Positions 52,295-64,000 of a stretch of DNA of 64,000 nucleotides are shown piece after piece. Both the position numbers and the translations under genes were made by a program. The DNA is from the human T2T-CHM13v2.0 reference genome, Homo sapiens. Where the stretch lies: the NCBI RefSeq assembly GCF_009914755.1, contig NC_060929.1. The stretch is one strand, 5' to 3'. Position 1 is the first letter of the stretch, and every line of letters starts with the position of its first letter. The notes under the pieces are model-generated. The model worked only from the letters and a program-made list of their open reading frames with translations, ran no database searches and was not told where the DNA came from.

Positions 52295-53385
52295 GCATTT
52301 CTTTTCAAGAAAAATGGAATCTTTTTCTAATTTCTATTCCTTGTCTTTTGTCATAATTACAACAAGTACTTCATCATTACTACTACTGTGAGGTCTGTAG
52401 GGAGTATTATTCCATTTTTTATGGGCAAGCCAAATATAAATTTATTGTATTTGAAAGGTCAGTGTGCAATTATTGGGGTTACTAATTGACTTTAATTTTT
52501 ATGAGACTTCAAAATCTTGCAGTATATGTTCAGTCTATACTCGTTGTAAACATGATTTAATAATTGGCAGTATTTCAAAACTCTTTTAAAAAAAAAGAAA
52601 GGAAAAGAAACAAAAAAACCTGTGGTGAGTTGTGAAATGTCCCCCAAAGGGTAGGTTTTTCATAGGCTGTGATGAAAAATTTCTATATTGTAGAAAAACT
52701 CTGTTAAGGATCTAAATAGAAAGCAAAGGAAAACTATGTGGCAGAAGGAAAGGAGAGGCTGCTTTGGTGATTTTACTTCTGCCATTTGTCTCTTTAAATA
52801 AATTGAAAAGGTAACAAAGGAACTATAATACTATAATTTAATGTACTGTACTATATTGTTTATTGAGAGAAAATAGAAGTAGCAAAAATATTGTATTTCA
52901 AAACGTTATTTTATAAAATTATTTCAATTGCTACCATCTTTTACCTATAAATTTATTTTTGCTCAACAGCATTTGTTTATTACGTACAGACTCTAATAGG
53001 AGTTCTATCCAACCAAATTTTTTTCAAGATGAGATATCTACATCGAGTGGCAATTCAAACAATGCTCAGGATGCTGGAAATTACTCCATTCCTGTAGTTA
53101 ACTTGTGTACTTCCCTGCTTTGGATATTATAAAGAACCATATTTATAAAAGAGTAATATCTTTTAGCATTTAGAAAACAGCGTCAAGATTGTTGAAATGG
53201 TTTAAAAAACTATTTGAATTTCCTCTGCATCTCTCTACATAGTTTTTTCCAATGGTACATTTGATGTTTAATTTTATTTGCTATCTCATTAGTGAGGTAA
53301 AATTTAATTCATTTGGGCAACATTTTAATGGCATGGTATTTGACCAAGAAATAACATTTACTTCAATGTTATATACTAATTTAGC

Positions 53386-53512
53386 TATATATATATATAG
53401 AGATATATAGATATATACACACATACACACATACTGTTTGTATATGTGAATGTATGTGTACATATATATGTGTACACATATACATGTATATGTGAATATA
53501 TATGTGTGTGTG
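53386..53512. repeat. Alternating purine-pyrimidine low-complexity tract (TA/CA/TG)
   Basis: Direct read; a similar tract lies at ~47010-47105. Confidence 0.85.
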
Positions 53513-54424
53513 CTATAAGGATTTTGTGCACCAAAATGTCTAAGTCTAAAGGCTGTATGTTTATATAAGCAAACTCACAAATTTACAAATTCATTAATGA
53601 GCTGCTTAAGATAGATTTGGCTATTCAGGGACTTTGTTGGTTTCATATAAATTTTATAATAATTTTTCTGTTTCTGTAAAGAATGCTATTGGTATTTTGA
53701 TAGTTATTGCATTGAATCTGTAGATTGTTTTGGGTATTACAGATATTTTAACAATACTGATCCTTCCAATTCATGAATATGAAATATTTTTCCACGTTTT
53801 TGTCTTCTCTTCAATTTATTTCATCAGTTTTTTATAGTTTGCATTATAGATATCTTTCCTTTTTCTGATTAATTCCTAGGCATTTAGTTTTATGTGTGAC
53901 TATTGTAAATGGAATTACTTTTTTCTTTTTCAGATGGTTCACTGTTGACATATAGAAATGCTATTGGGTTTTGTATGTTGATTTTGTATCCTGCAACTTC
54001 ACTGAATTCGTTTATCAGTTCTAATAGTTTTTTGTGGAGTCTTTAGGGTTTTCCAAATATAAGATTATATCATCTGCAAACAAGAATAAGCAGTGGTGAC
54101 AGTGGGCATTCTTGTTGTGGTTCAGGTCCCAGAAGAAAGGCTTTCAGTTTTTCCCCATTAAGTATGATACCAGCTGTGGGTCTATCGAATATGGCTTTTG
54201 TTATGTGGAGCTGTGTTCCTTCTAGCTCTAGTTTTTTGAGGGTTTTTAATCATGAAGAGGTGCTGGATCTTATCAAATGCCTTTTTAGCATCAGTTAAAA
54301 TAATCATATGGTTTCTGTCCTTCATTCTGTTGATATGATATATCATGTTGATTGATTTGTGTATGTTGAACCATCTTTGAATTTCTGGGATAAATCCAAC
54401 TTTGTCATGATGAATAAACTAATG

Positions 54425-54736
54425 TTTTTTTTTGTTTTTGTTTGTTTGTTTGTTTTGAGACAGAGTCTCATTCTGTTTTCCAGGCTGGAGTTCAGTGGCA
54501 TGATCTTGGCTCACTGCAACCTCCGCCTCCTGGGTTCAAGTGATTCTGGTGCCTCAGCCTCTAAGGTAGTTAGGATTACAGGCGTGAGCCACCACACCTG
54601 GCTAATTTTTGTATTTTTAGGAGAGATGGGGTTTCACCATGATGGCCATGCTAGCCTGGAACTCCTGACCTCAGGTGATTGGCCTGCCTCGACCTCTCAA
54701 AATGCTGGGATTACTGGCATGAGCCACCAATCCTGG
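54425..54736 (-). mobile_element. AluS (Sx/Sz-like) inside the L1MA
   Basis: (TTTG)n tail, gagacagagtctc..ctcctgacctcaggtgat..gctgggattac. Confidence 0.94.
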
Positions 54737-55713
54737 AACCATGAATCGTGGCCTCTAATGAACTTTTGCAGTTTGTTTGCTAGTATTTTGTTTAGGATTT
54801 TTCCATAAATATTCATCAGAGGTACTGGCCTGTAGTTTTCTTTTCTTGATGTGTATTTGTCTGGTTTTAGTATTGATACTGGCCTCAAACAATGAGTTTC
54901 GAAATATTCTTTTCTCCTCTATTTTTTGGAACAGTTTCAGTAGGATTAGTATTAGTTCTTCTTCAAATGTTTGATAATATTCAGCAGTGAAGCCATTAGG
55001 TCTTGGGCTTTTCTTTACTGGGAGATGTTTTATTATGACTTCAGTTTTGTCACTTATTATTGGTCTGTTCAGGTTTTGGACTTCTTCCTGGTTCAATCTT
55101 GGCAGGCGCATGAGTCTAGAAATTTGTCCATTTCTTCTAGATTTTTCACTTTATTGGCATATAGTTGCTCGTAGTAGCCACTATTAATCTTTTGAATTTC
55201 TGCCGTGTCAGTTGTAATGTCTCCTTTTTCATTTCTGATTTTATTTATCTATATCTTACTCTCTTTTTTCCTTAGTCTGGCTAAGGGTTTGTCAATGTTT
55301 TTTTAAATTTTCAAAAAAAAAAACCCAGCTTTTTATTTGCTTGCTCCTTTGTATTGTTTTCTTCATTTTAAATTCATTTATTTCTTCCCTGATTTTATTA
55401 TTTATTTTCTTCTACTAATTTTGGATTTGGTTTTCTTTTGTTTTTCTAATTATTTAGGATGCATTTTTAGATTGTTTGAAGTCTTTCCTCTTTTTTAATG
55501 CAGATAATTATAGCTATAATCTTCCCTCTTAGTACCGCTTCTGTTGTGTCCCATAGGTTTTGGTATGTTGTGTTTCCATTATAATTTGTTTTAATTTATT
55601 TTCAATTTCCTTCTTAATTTCTTCATTAATCCACTGGTCATTAAGGAGCATATTGTTTAATTTCCATGTATTTGTATAGTTTGCAAAATTTCTCTTGTTA
55701 TTAATTTCTAGCC

Positions 55714-56145
55714 TTATTCCATGTGGTCAGAGAAGAAGCTTGGTATTATTTCATTTTTTTTGAATGTTTTAAGACTTGTTTTGTGACCTCTCATATGGTC
55801 TATTCTTGAGAATGATACATGTGGTGAAAAGAAGAATGTGTATTCTGCAGCCACTGGATGAAATGTTCTGTAAATACCTATTAGATCCATTTGGTCTGTA
55901 GTGCAGATTAAGTTTGATGTTTCTTTCTTGATATTCTGTCTGGAAGATCTGTTTAATGCTGAATGCGGAGTGTTGAAGTTTCTAGCTATTACTGTATTAG
56001 GACCTATCTCTCTCTTTAGCTTTAATAATATTTCCTTTATATATTGAGGTGCTTCAGCGTTGCGTGCATACATATTTAAAATTGTTATATACTCTTGCTG
56101 AATTGATGCCTTTATCATTATGTAGTGACCTTTGTCTCTTCTCAT
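55714..56145 (-). pseudogene. L1 ORF2 endonuclease-domain remnant (non-functional)
   Basis: 143-aa open stretch similar to L1 EN; GDFN is mutated to RNFN and the flanks carry stops or frameshifts. Confidence 0.85.
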
Positions 56146-59100
56146 AGTTTTTGTCTTGAAATCTATTTGTCTGATACAAGTATAGGGATTCCTGCTCTTT
56201 TTTGGTTTTCATGGTCATGAAATATCTTCTTCTATCGCTTTATTTTCAGTCTCTGAGTGTCTCTATAGGTGAAGTGTGTTTTTTATAGGCAATAGATTAA
56301 TGGGTCTTGTTTTTTCATTCTTACAGCAAGTCTATATCTTTTGATTGGATAGTTTAGTCCATTTGCATTCAAACTTATTATTGATAAGAAAGGACAGACT
56401 CCTGCTATTTGGTTGTTTGTTTTCTGGTTGTTTTATGGTCTTTTCTTCCTTCTTTATTTCCTTCCTGTCTTTTTTTTAGTGACGGTGATTTTCCCTGACA
56501 ATATGATTTAGTTTCTTGCTTTTTATTTTTTTGTGTCTCCATTGTATGTTTTTTGATTTGAGCTTATGATGAGGCTTGTGAATACTACCTTATAACCCAT
56601 TATATTAAGCTGACAAGTTAACACTGTTCGCATAAACAAACAAGCAAAAAGAAAACTAATAAAGACCCTATGCCTTAACTTTGTCCACTTGCTTTTTAAC
56701 TTTTTGCAGTTACTATTTACATCTTATTGTACTGCCTATATCTGGAAAATTTGTTGTAATTATTTTTGATTGGTTTTATCTTTCTACTTAGATAAGAGTA
56801 GTTTTACAAACCACAGTTACCGTATTATAATATTCTGTGTTTTTCTGTGTATTTACTATTTCTGCAAGTTTTGTACCTTCAGGAAATTACTTATTGCTCA
56901 TTAATGTCCTTTACTTTCTAACTAAAATATTCCCTTTAGAATTTCTTGTGGGACAGGTCTAGAGTTGATGAAATCCCTCAGCTTTTGTTTGACTGGGGAT
57001 GTCTGTATTTCTCCTTCATGTTTGAAGGAACTTTTCGGCAGATACACTATTCTAGGGTAAAAGTTTATTTTTCTTCAGCACTTTATATATGTCATATCAC
57101 TCTCTTCTGCCATGTAAGGTTTCCACTCTAAAGTCAGCTACCAGACCTATTGGAGCTCCATTGTGTGTTACTGGATTTTTTTTCTCTTATTGCTTTTAGG
57201 TTTCTTTCTTTATCCTTGAACTTTGCAAGTTGAGTATTAAATGCCTTGAGGCAATCTTTTTTGGGCTAAATCTGCTTGGTTTTCTATAACTTCTTGTACT
57301 TGGATATTGATATCTTTCTCTAGGTCCCTGGTGCCTTATTTAGTTCATTTGGTGAAATTATGTTTTCCTGGGTGGTGTGGATGTTATTAGATGTTCTTCA
57401 GTATCTGGGCATTGAAGAGTTAGGTGTTTATTACAGTGTTCACTGTCTGGGCTTATCTGTAGCCATCCTTCTTGGGAAGGCTTTTCAGATATTTGGAAGG
57501 ATCTGGGTGTTGTGATCTAAACTTTAACTGCTTTAGAGGGCACTCCAAGCCCAGTAACGCTGTGGTTCTTGCAGACTCATAGAGATACCACTGTGGCGGT
57601 CTTGGACAAGATCTGGGAGGATTCTCTGGATTACCAGGCAGAGACTCTTGTTTTCTTCCCTTACTTTCTCCCATACTAACAGAGTCTCTCTCTCTCTTCT
57701 GAGGCACCTAAATCTGGGGATGGAGTGATGCAAGCACCCCTGTGGCTACTACGACTGTGCTGGGTCAGACCTGAAGCCAGCACAGCGCTAAGTCTTGCCA
57801 AAGGCCTGCTGTAATCATTCCCTGGCTACTGCCTGTGTTTACTGAAGAGTCTAGGGCTCTACAATCAGCAGGCCAGGCCTATGTCTTTCCCTTTAGAGTG
57901 GTGAGGTCATGTAGGCCGCAGATGTGTTCAGAAGTGCCATCTGGTAGTTAGGGTTTAGGATAAAAACACCTTAGAAGTATACCTGCTGTTCTAGTGTACT
58001 GCCACTGAGCTGGCACTCAAACCACAGCACATAATCCTTCCCACTCTTGCCTCCCTCTTCCAAAGGCAGAGGAGACTCACCCCATAGCCACTGCCACCCC
58101 AGGCCACGAGGAGCACTGCAAGACCACCACCAATGTTCCCTTAAGGCCCAAGGTACTTATGTCTACTTGTGTTAAATGCTGCCTGGCCTGGAACTCACCC
58201 TTCAGGGCAATGGCCTCCCCTCTGGCCCAGGACAGGTCCAGAAATTCCATCCAAAAGTCACGTCCTGGAATCGGGGACCCCAAGAGCCTCCTTGGTGCTC
58301 TACCCCACTGTGGCCATACTGGTACCTAAGGTGCAAGACAAAGTCTCCTTTGCTTTTCTCTCTTCTCTTCTCAAGCAGAAGCAATTTTGCCCCATAGCCA
58401 CCACAACTAGTAATGTACTGAGACTCACCTGAAACCATCAAGTCTCAGAGGCTCACCTAAGGCCCTCCATACCCAACTACCTGGGTATCACCTCTGGTTG
58501 TTCAGGGCCTAAGGGTTCTTCATTTAGCAGATGACGAGTTCTACCAGAACTAGGTCCTTTCCTTCAAGGAAGTGGGTTCCCTTCTGGCCCAGCATGTATC
58601 TAGAAATGTTGCCCAGGAGCTAGGGTCCGGAATGGGGGCCTTACATCTCTGCCCAGTGCCCTATCCTGCTATGGCTGAGCTGGCATCCAAGATGCAGGAC
58701 AAAGTCCTCCCCACTCTTTCTTCTCCTTTCCTCAAGTGGAAGGAAGGGGTCCATTTTGGAGCCGCAAACTGTGCAGCCTGGGGTGATGGGAGGGGTGATG
58801 CCAGCACTGCTTTGGCTGCACCAGCTGGTGTCTCAGTAAGTCACATCCCCCTACAATCCAGTACTCTTTCTCTGGGCCTAGTTCAGCACTAGGACACACC
58901 TAAGAGTTGCAGTACTTATGGGATAGACTGCCTTTCAAGTTTACTTAGGGACACAGAGCACCGTAGCCCTAAGTGGTGAGGTTTGCAGGAACTCAAGTTC
59001 TGCCCACTGGGATCCGTGATTCTGTTCTGGATAGGGCTAGTTTAAATGTTCCCTCTGTGGATGGGCATCAGCTGAGTTTGTTCCTGTTTTCTTTTCTTTT

Positions 59101-59528
59101 CTCCTCTGACAGGAAAACACTGAGTTCAATGCCGCACAAATTGTTTGCTGTGCTCTCCCCCAGTGCCCAGCCAGAGATGTACTCTGCTTAAGGGGCTGAG
59201 GATAGGAAGGGGTGGCATCAGTGGCTATTCAAGACTATTGTTTCTATATTTTCAGTGCCTCTTTCCACGATATGAAGTTGAAACCAGTTACTATGAATGC
59301 TCATCTGATTTTTGGTTCTTATGAAGGTGTTTTTTTTTCTGTGTAGATGTTGTTAAATTGGTGTCCTTGGTTGGGAGTGTTGGGGGACGATTAGTGGAAC
59401 CTTTTGTTCCACCATTTTGCTCTGCCTCCCTTTCCCCATGGTGTAAATTAACATCAGGACAGAGAACTGCAGATTGAAAAGATGATGCCTTTTTATTTCA
59501 TAGATTTTTATCAAAATATATATTGGGG

Positions 59529-59828
59529 GGCTGGGCATGGTGACTCACGCCTGTAATCCAGCACTTTGGGAGGCCGAGGCGGGCAGATCACCTGAGTTCA
59601 GGAGTTCGAGACCAGCCTGGCCAACATGGTGCAACCCCATCTCTACTAAAAGTATAAAAATTAGCTGGGCCTGGTAGCAGGTGCCTGTAATCCCAGCTAC
59701 TTGGAGGCTGAGGCAGGAGAATGGCTTGAACCTGGTAAGCAGAGTTTGTAGTGAGCTGAGATTGTGCCACTGCACTCCAGCCTGGGCAACAGAGTGAGAC
59801 CCCATCTCAAAAAAAAAAAAAAAAAAAA
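59529..59828 (+). mobile_element. Full-length AluS (Sx/Sq-like)
   Basis: ggctgggcatggtgactcacgcctgtaatc..gatcacctgag.tcaggagttcgagacc..polyA. Confidence 0.95.
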
Positions 59829-59829
59829 G

Positions 59830-60885
59830 AAGTATGTACTAGGTAAAGCTCACAAATCTTGAGTACAATTTGGTGAACTTTTACATATGCATACACACAC
59901 CAGAACAAATAAATAGAGTGTTATCCACACCCTGGAAAGTTTTCTTGGGCTTTTTTCTAGTCAATATCCCCCTTAATAAAAAATCATTATTTTGAATTTT
60001 ATCACTTTTTAGCCTGTGTTTGATTTTATGCATTTTAAATTTCATTGATATATGATTAAAAGGCATTAAACTGAACATATTTAAATTATACAATTTGATT
60101 AACTTTGACATATGCGTATGCCTGTGAAATCATGACCTCAACCAATATAGTATTTCCATGGCCCAATTTTGCCTATTTTGTGCAACTAAATAGAGTCAGG
60201 CAGAGTAAACTTCAACAGTTTCTAGTTTCTTTTATTCATCATTATGTCTGTTAGATTCATTCCTGTGGTTGTGTTTAAGCATAGTATATTTTTTAATATA
60301 AAAAACTTCTGTGGAGTATTTCATCACGTAAATAAATCATGATTTATTTATACATTCTACTGTTGTCAGATATTTGGACTGTTTTATATTTTGCACTATT
60401 ATGAGTAAAGCCATTATCTACTTTCCTGTATGTGTCTTTTGGTGAACATATAAACTCGATTCTCCTGGGAATATGCCTAAGTGACATACTGCTAAGTTAT
60501 AGGTTGTATGTGTTTAACTCTAATAGAAATTGACATAGAATTACTCAAAATGATTTTAATAATTTACATACCCATTGGCAATGCAGGGGTATGCTGGTCA
60601 CTTTACATCCTTGCCAGCATTTATATTGTAATTTTAAACATTGTATCAGTTCTGGTGGTTTTGTACTGTTACCTCATTTTGGTATTAGTTTGAATTTTCC
60701 TGATGGTTAATCGTGTTGACCACCTTTTCATATGCTTGTCTTTTGAAAATCCAATCTTAAAAAGTGTCTTAAGACTTTGTACTGTTTTTAGTAGACTTGT
60801 TTATTTGTATAGATTTCTAGTATTTATTTGTATATTCTAGATTTAAATTCTTTTTATATTATGTTTATTGCAGTTACTGTCACCA
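59830..60885 (-). mobile_element. L1ME-type 3' end fragment(s)
   Basis: gtcagatatttggactgttt..ttttgcactattatgagtaaagcc; catccttgccagcattt; ttttcctgatggttaat..gttgaccacctttcatatgctt. Confidence 0.75.
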
Positions 60886-62707
60886 TACCTAAAAAAAAAG
60901 GGAGATGATTCAGTAAAGAGAGAATTCAACATAAGAAGGATGAAGGGAGTTCCTAAAATGTGGTGAGAGACAATACTAGAATAATTACTGTACAGAGGGT
61001 CCAGACAGCAATCCATCCAGACAATACAGACTGGGTTTTGTGAAGAGAAATTTTATTGAGAAGTAGATGAAGCTTGTGCTTAGATTTAATGCTTAAAAAA
61101 AATAGTAAATTAAAAGGGGAAAAATGATGTAGAAGAAATAAGAGATTTGTCTACAAGAGAGAAGGTATTAATAATCAGCTGCATGGTTTAGCATGAAATA
61201 ATAATCATTAATGATAATAAAAATACTGAAAATTAGTTTTACACTAATAGTGATATAATGATGTTGAAAAGATGGAGGAGTGACAAGTGGTATAAAAAAA
61301 GGTTGATTCATTACTACAAGAAGTAAATAATATTTACTGATGATTAATTCAAGTACATTTATACTATTTGGCAATATGCAAACTAAAACTAGAAAGAATT
61401 GAAATATTTTTGTCTGGGGAACACGAAGGGGTAATGGAAAAATGTGTGATAGAGAAACACATGCTTTTGTTTTAAGCTTTTAAAGATTATTTTAAAGCTA
61501 TATACATTTATTTGTTTTTAAAAATGTATAATTCTATTCCAAAAAAGCAGAACTAGTTAAGAAACCTAAATGAGTGGTATTATTCTAGTTTAATGATTTA
61601 GAAAAATGTGAATTATTTGTCCTCCAAACAACCTTTAATACCTCTGAGACTGAAAGCAGGCTCAGGTGACAAAGATAAACTAGAGCAAAAGGAGCAATGA
61701 GCAAAGAGGAAAGAAAATTACAATTGGAATGTGCTTTCCTAAGCTCATGTACTTGAAAAATTTGTTTGAATGTAATCAGTACAGCTCAACTAAACTCTAA
61801 TTAGTTAGATTTGTCTTTAAATAATCTGAGCTCCGAAGAAAATAGAATGACTTTATATTTTTTTCTGTTTTATTCATTTAATTATTTTATAATTATATTT
61901 TGTTAAATCATTGATATCTATTTTTTATAAATCAATCTGCATGACTGTTCCCTAACTTGTTTAATATCTTAAATTTATGACTGAAAATGACATATATTTA
62001 CATAAGAATCGATGTCCCTTTTAAGCACTTATAATAATATAACTGGCAAAAGCAATTCTTTTATCTGTAAGCATAAAATTTCTCTGTAATTTTATTCTAT
62101 GTAATTTTTTCAAGTATCTGGAAGTTCCAATTTTACTTTTGGAGATAATATACTCCTAGATCCTTAATGTCACATAACTGGTAGGGAGAACAAAAATTTA
62201 ATTATGCATGTCTCTAGTGATACTTTGCTACCACAAATATCACTAAGCATTCCATTGAATCTCAATATATTGCATTTCTTTTTTTCATTCCCAAATATAT
62301 GTTCTCTAATGTGATCTACATTTTATTCTAATTGTATCTGTTGATCTCAAAATCTTTGAAGAGCCAGATTATTTCATTGACTAAACTTCCACCAACAAAG
62401 ACACAAATGATTAAGTCTCAGAAGGGAGTATTGGCCTAGAATTATTGTGAGGTTGTTAAGCATACCAACTCTGGGAAAATTCAAATGAGAAAACCCACCG
62501 ACAAATACGTTATTTGCTTCTTTGTTTCAAATCCTTACTGAACTTGCTTAGAATTATAGAATACTTCTTCTCTCAAGAGAAGACACACAGGGATCATGTT
62601 TTACTTCATTTTACTGACTCATTCTACACTCTGCCTCCACCAGCTGACCAGTAAAAACATAAATTCCAGTTTGCTATCATTGGGACTCATTTCCAGACAA
62701 TGACTGA

Positions 62708-62876
62708 GAAGTTTCAACCATGGCTTTACATTAGAATCACATGGGGAACTTTAAAAATACATCAGATCTTTTGCCTTAACCTGAATAATTATATAAGTTT
62801 TGGGAGGAGAGGTGCTATTTAGAATTGGGTTGTATGTTTGTTTGTTTTAAGGTGCTGTGGAGTGTGAGAACCATTG
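62708..62876. mobile_element. MER5-like hAT MITE remnant
   Basis: ggctttacattagaatcacatggggaactttaaaaatac ... tgagaaccattg. Confidence 0.6.
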
Positions 62877-63059
62877 TAAAACAAGTAAATCCTGTTTTAC
62901 TTAAGGATCTCTCTTCTCTAACATGCCATTAAAACTGAATGCTTCTTTCCTTTCATTGCTGTTTACCTCTCCAATTAATAAGCAAGATTCTAGGATCATT
63001 TATATTATCTCATACTATCTTCTTCATAATAAGCTATAATGCTATTCTACTTTCCCTAG

Positions 63060-63492
63060 TTACTATCCAAATTCTTCTGCTCTAAATTCTGAGATTCCTA
63101 GTCTGTAAGCAGTAAACTTCCCTCTGCCTTCAAGCCCTTTAAATATTTTTTGCTTTAAAGAAACATGGCTGCTCCATGTCGACACCATATGGCCCATTGT
63201 TATACTTTATTTGCTGTGAAGTGAGTTCCTTAATGAGAGCATAGCTGTGTGAGATAATATTATAATGGTTGAAAAGGCATTTTGTGAATCCACAAATGGT
63301 AATTCTGGTAGAAGCACTGCATGCAGGGAAGGAAATCCATATAGAGACTAAGTATCCATTACAGTAAGAACCAAGTGCTGCCCCTTCCATGAGGAGACCA
63401 GTCCAATGTAATCAACCTACCACCAGCTAACTGACGCATCACCCTAGTGCCATATTTGGGACTCAGTGTTGGTCTCTACTGATGACAGATGG
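63060..63492 (-). mobile_element. ERVL (HERVL/ERVL-E-like) pol integrase remnant
   Basis: Minus strand reads VDYIG..(S)WKGQ and, in ORF 63139..63390, FPACSASTRITICGFTKCLFNHYNI, matching recalled ERVL integrase FPACNASAKTTIRGLTECLIHRHGI; frameshifted. Confidence 0.85.
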
Positions 63493-63793
63493 GCATTTTC
63501 AGATTTTGTTATGTTTGAATGTATATAATGAGATATCTGGGAGATGGGGCCCAAGTCTAAAGATGAAATTCATTTGTGTTTCATATATGCGTTATACACA
63601 GAGCCTGAAGGTAATTTTATACAATATTTTCAACACTGTGTCCATAAAACAGTTTTTGCTGCATTTTGACTGTGACCCATCACATGAGGTGAGGTTTAGA
63701 ATTTTCCACTTGTGGTAAAATGTCAGCTCTCAACAATTTCAGATTTGGGAGCATTTTGGATTTTGGATTTTTGAATTAGGGATGGCCAAGCTA
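63493..63793. mobile_element. Tigger4b/MER46-like (Zombi) TcMar element, partial
   Basis: gagatatctggg..cccaagtctaaa.atgaaattcatt..agcctgaaggtaattttatacaatattt; terminal ggattttggatttt.gaattagggatg.ccaa.cta. Confidence 0.85.
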
Positions 63794-64000
63794 TATTATA
63801 AACCAGTTTTATTTTAATTTCTTTGATTATTATTGTATATGTAATTATATGTATGTTTACTTCATGTCTTGCCAGGTTATACCTATATAAGAAAATTAGT
63901 TTTCTTAATTCATTATAATTATTAACTTTCTTATATTAGAATTTAATAGATTTGATGATAGTAATTTTCTTAGATTTTAATTTTGTTACTTTTCATTCTG

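Larger units (their letters stand above)
53610..59430 (-). mobile_element. L1MA (MA1-MA4-like) element: full 5' UTR, internally deleted ORF1, ORF2 EN to RT; 3' end absent
   Basis: 5' end ccattttgctctgcctccc at 59430; ORF 55714..56145 is the APE-like endonuclease (GHYIMIK..TILNMYA..NFNTP..YRTFHP..FSRIDH..FSDH); ORF 54755..55111 [33 protein letters not shown]. Confidence 0.95.

Noticed and set aside
54359-54808. 149-aa ORF as a novel protein
   Set aside because: Read-through of antisense L1 and Alu giving typical Alu-derived peptide ([21 protein letters not shown]).

Overview
This is AT-rich primate (very probably human or great ape) genomic DNA, most likely a gene desert or deep intron. Well over half of the window is decayed interspersed repeat. 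That includes nested LINE-1 copies of many ages (L1PA3-like to L1ME), eight Alu/FLAM elements, MaLR solo LTRs (THE1, MSTB, MLT1), an ERVL integrase remnant, DNA-transposon fossils (MER58A, MER44/Tigger7, Tigger3b, MER63, Tigger4b, MER5) and MIR/L2 scraps. No host protein-coding exon, RNA gene or CRISPR array can be supported. Every recognisable ORF in the track is a broken L1, Alu, LTR, Tigger or ERVL remnant. I found no evidence of a new biological system. The best unexplained signals are: a ~135-bp, ~95%-identical copy of a unique L1MB/MLT1 junction (25252-25386) pasted 18.6 kb away at an Alu tail (43854-43985); two perfect NRF2/MAF ARE 11-mers 4.6 kb apart; CpG-retaining or homeobox-dense non-repeat islands that are candidate conserved elements; two AT-only palindromes; and several local tandem duplications. 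Repeat subfamily names come from recalled consensus sequences and need RepeatMasker/Dfam confirmation. Boundaries without a TSD are approximate.
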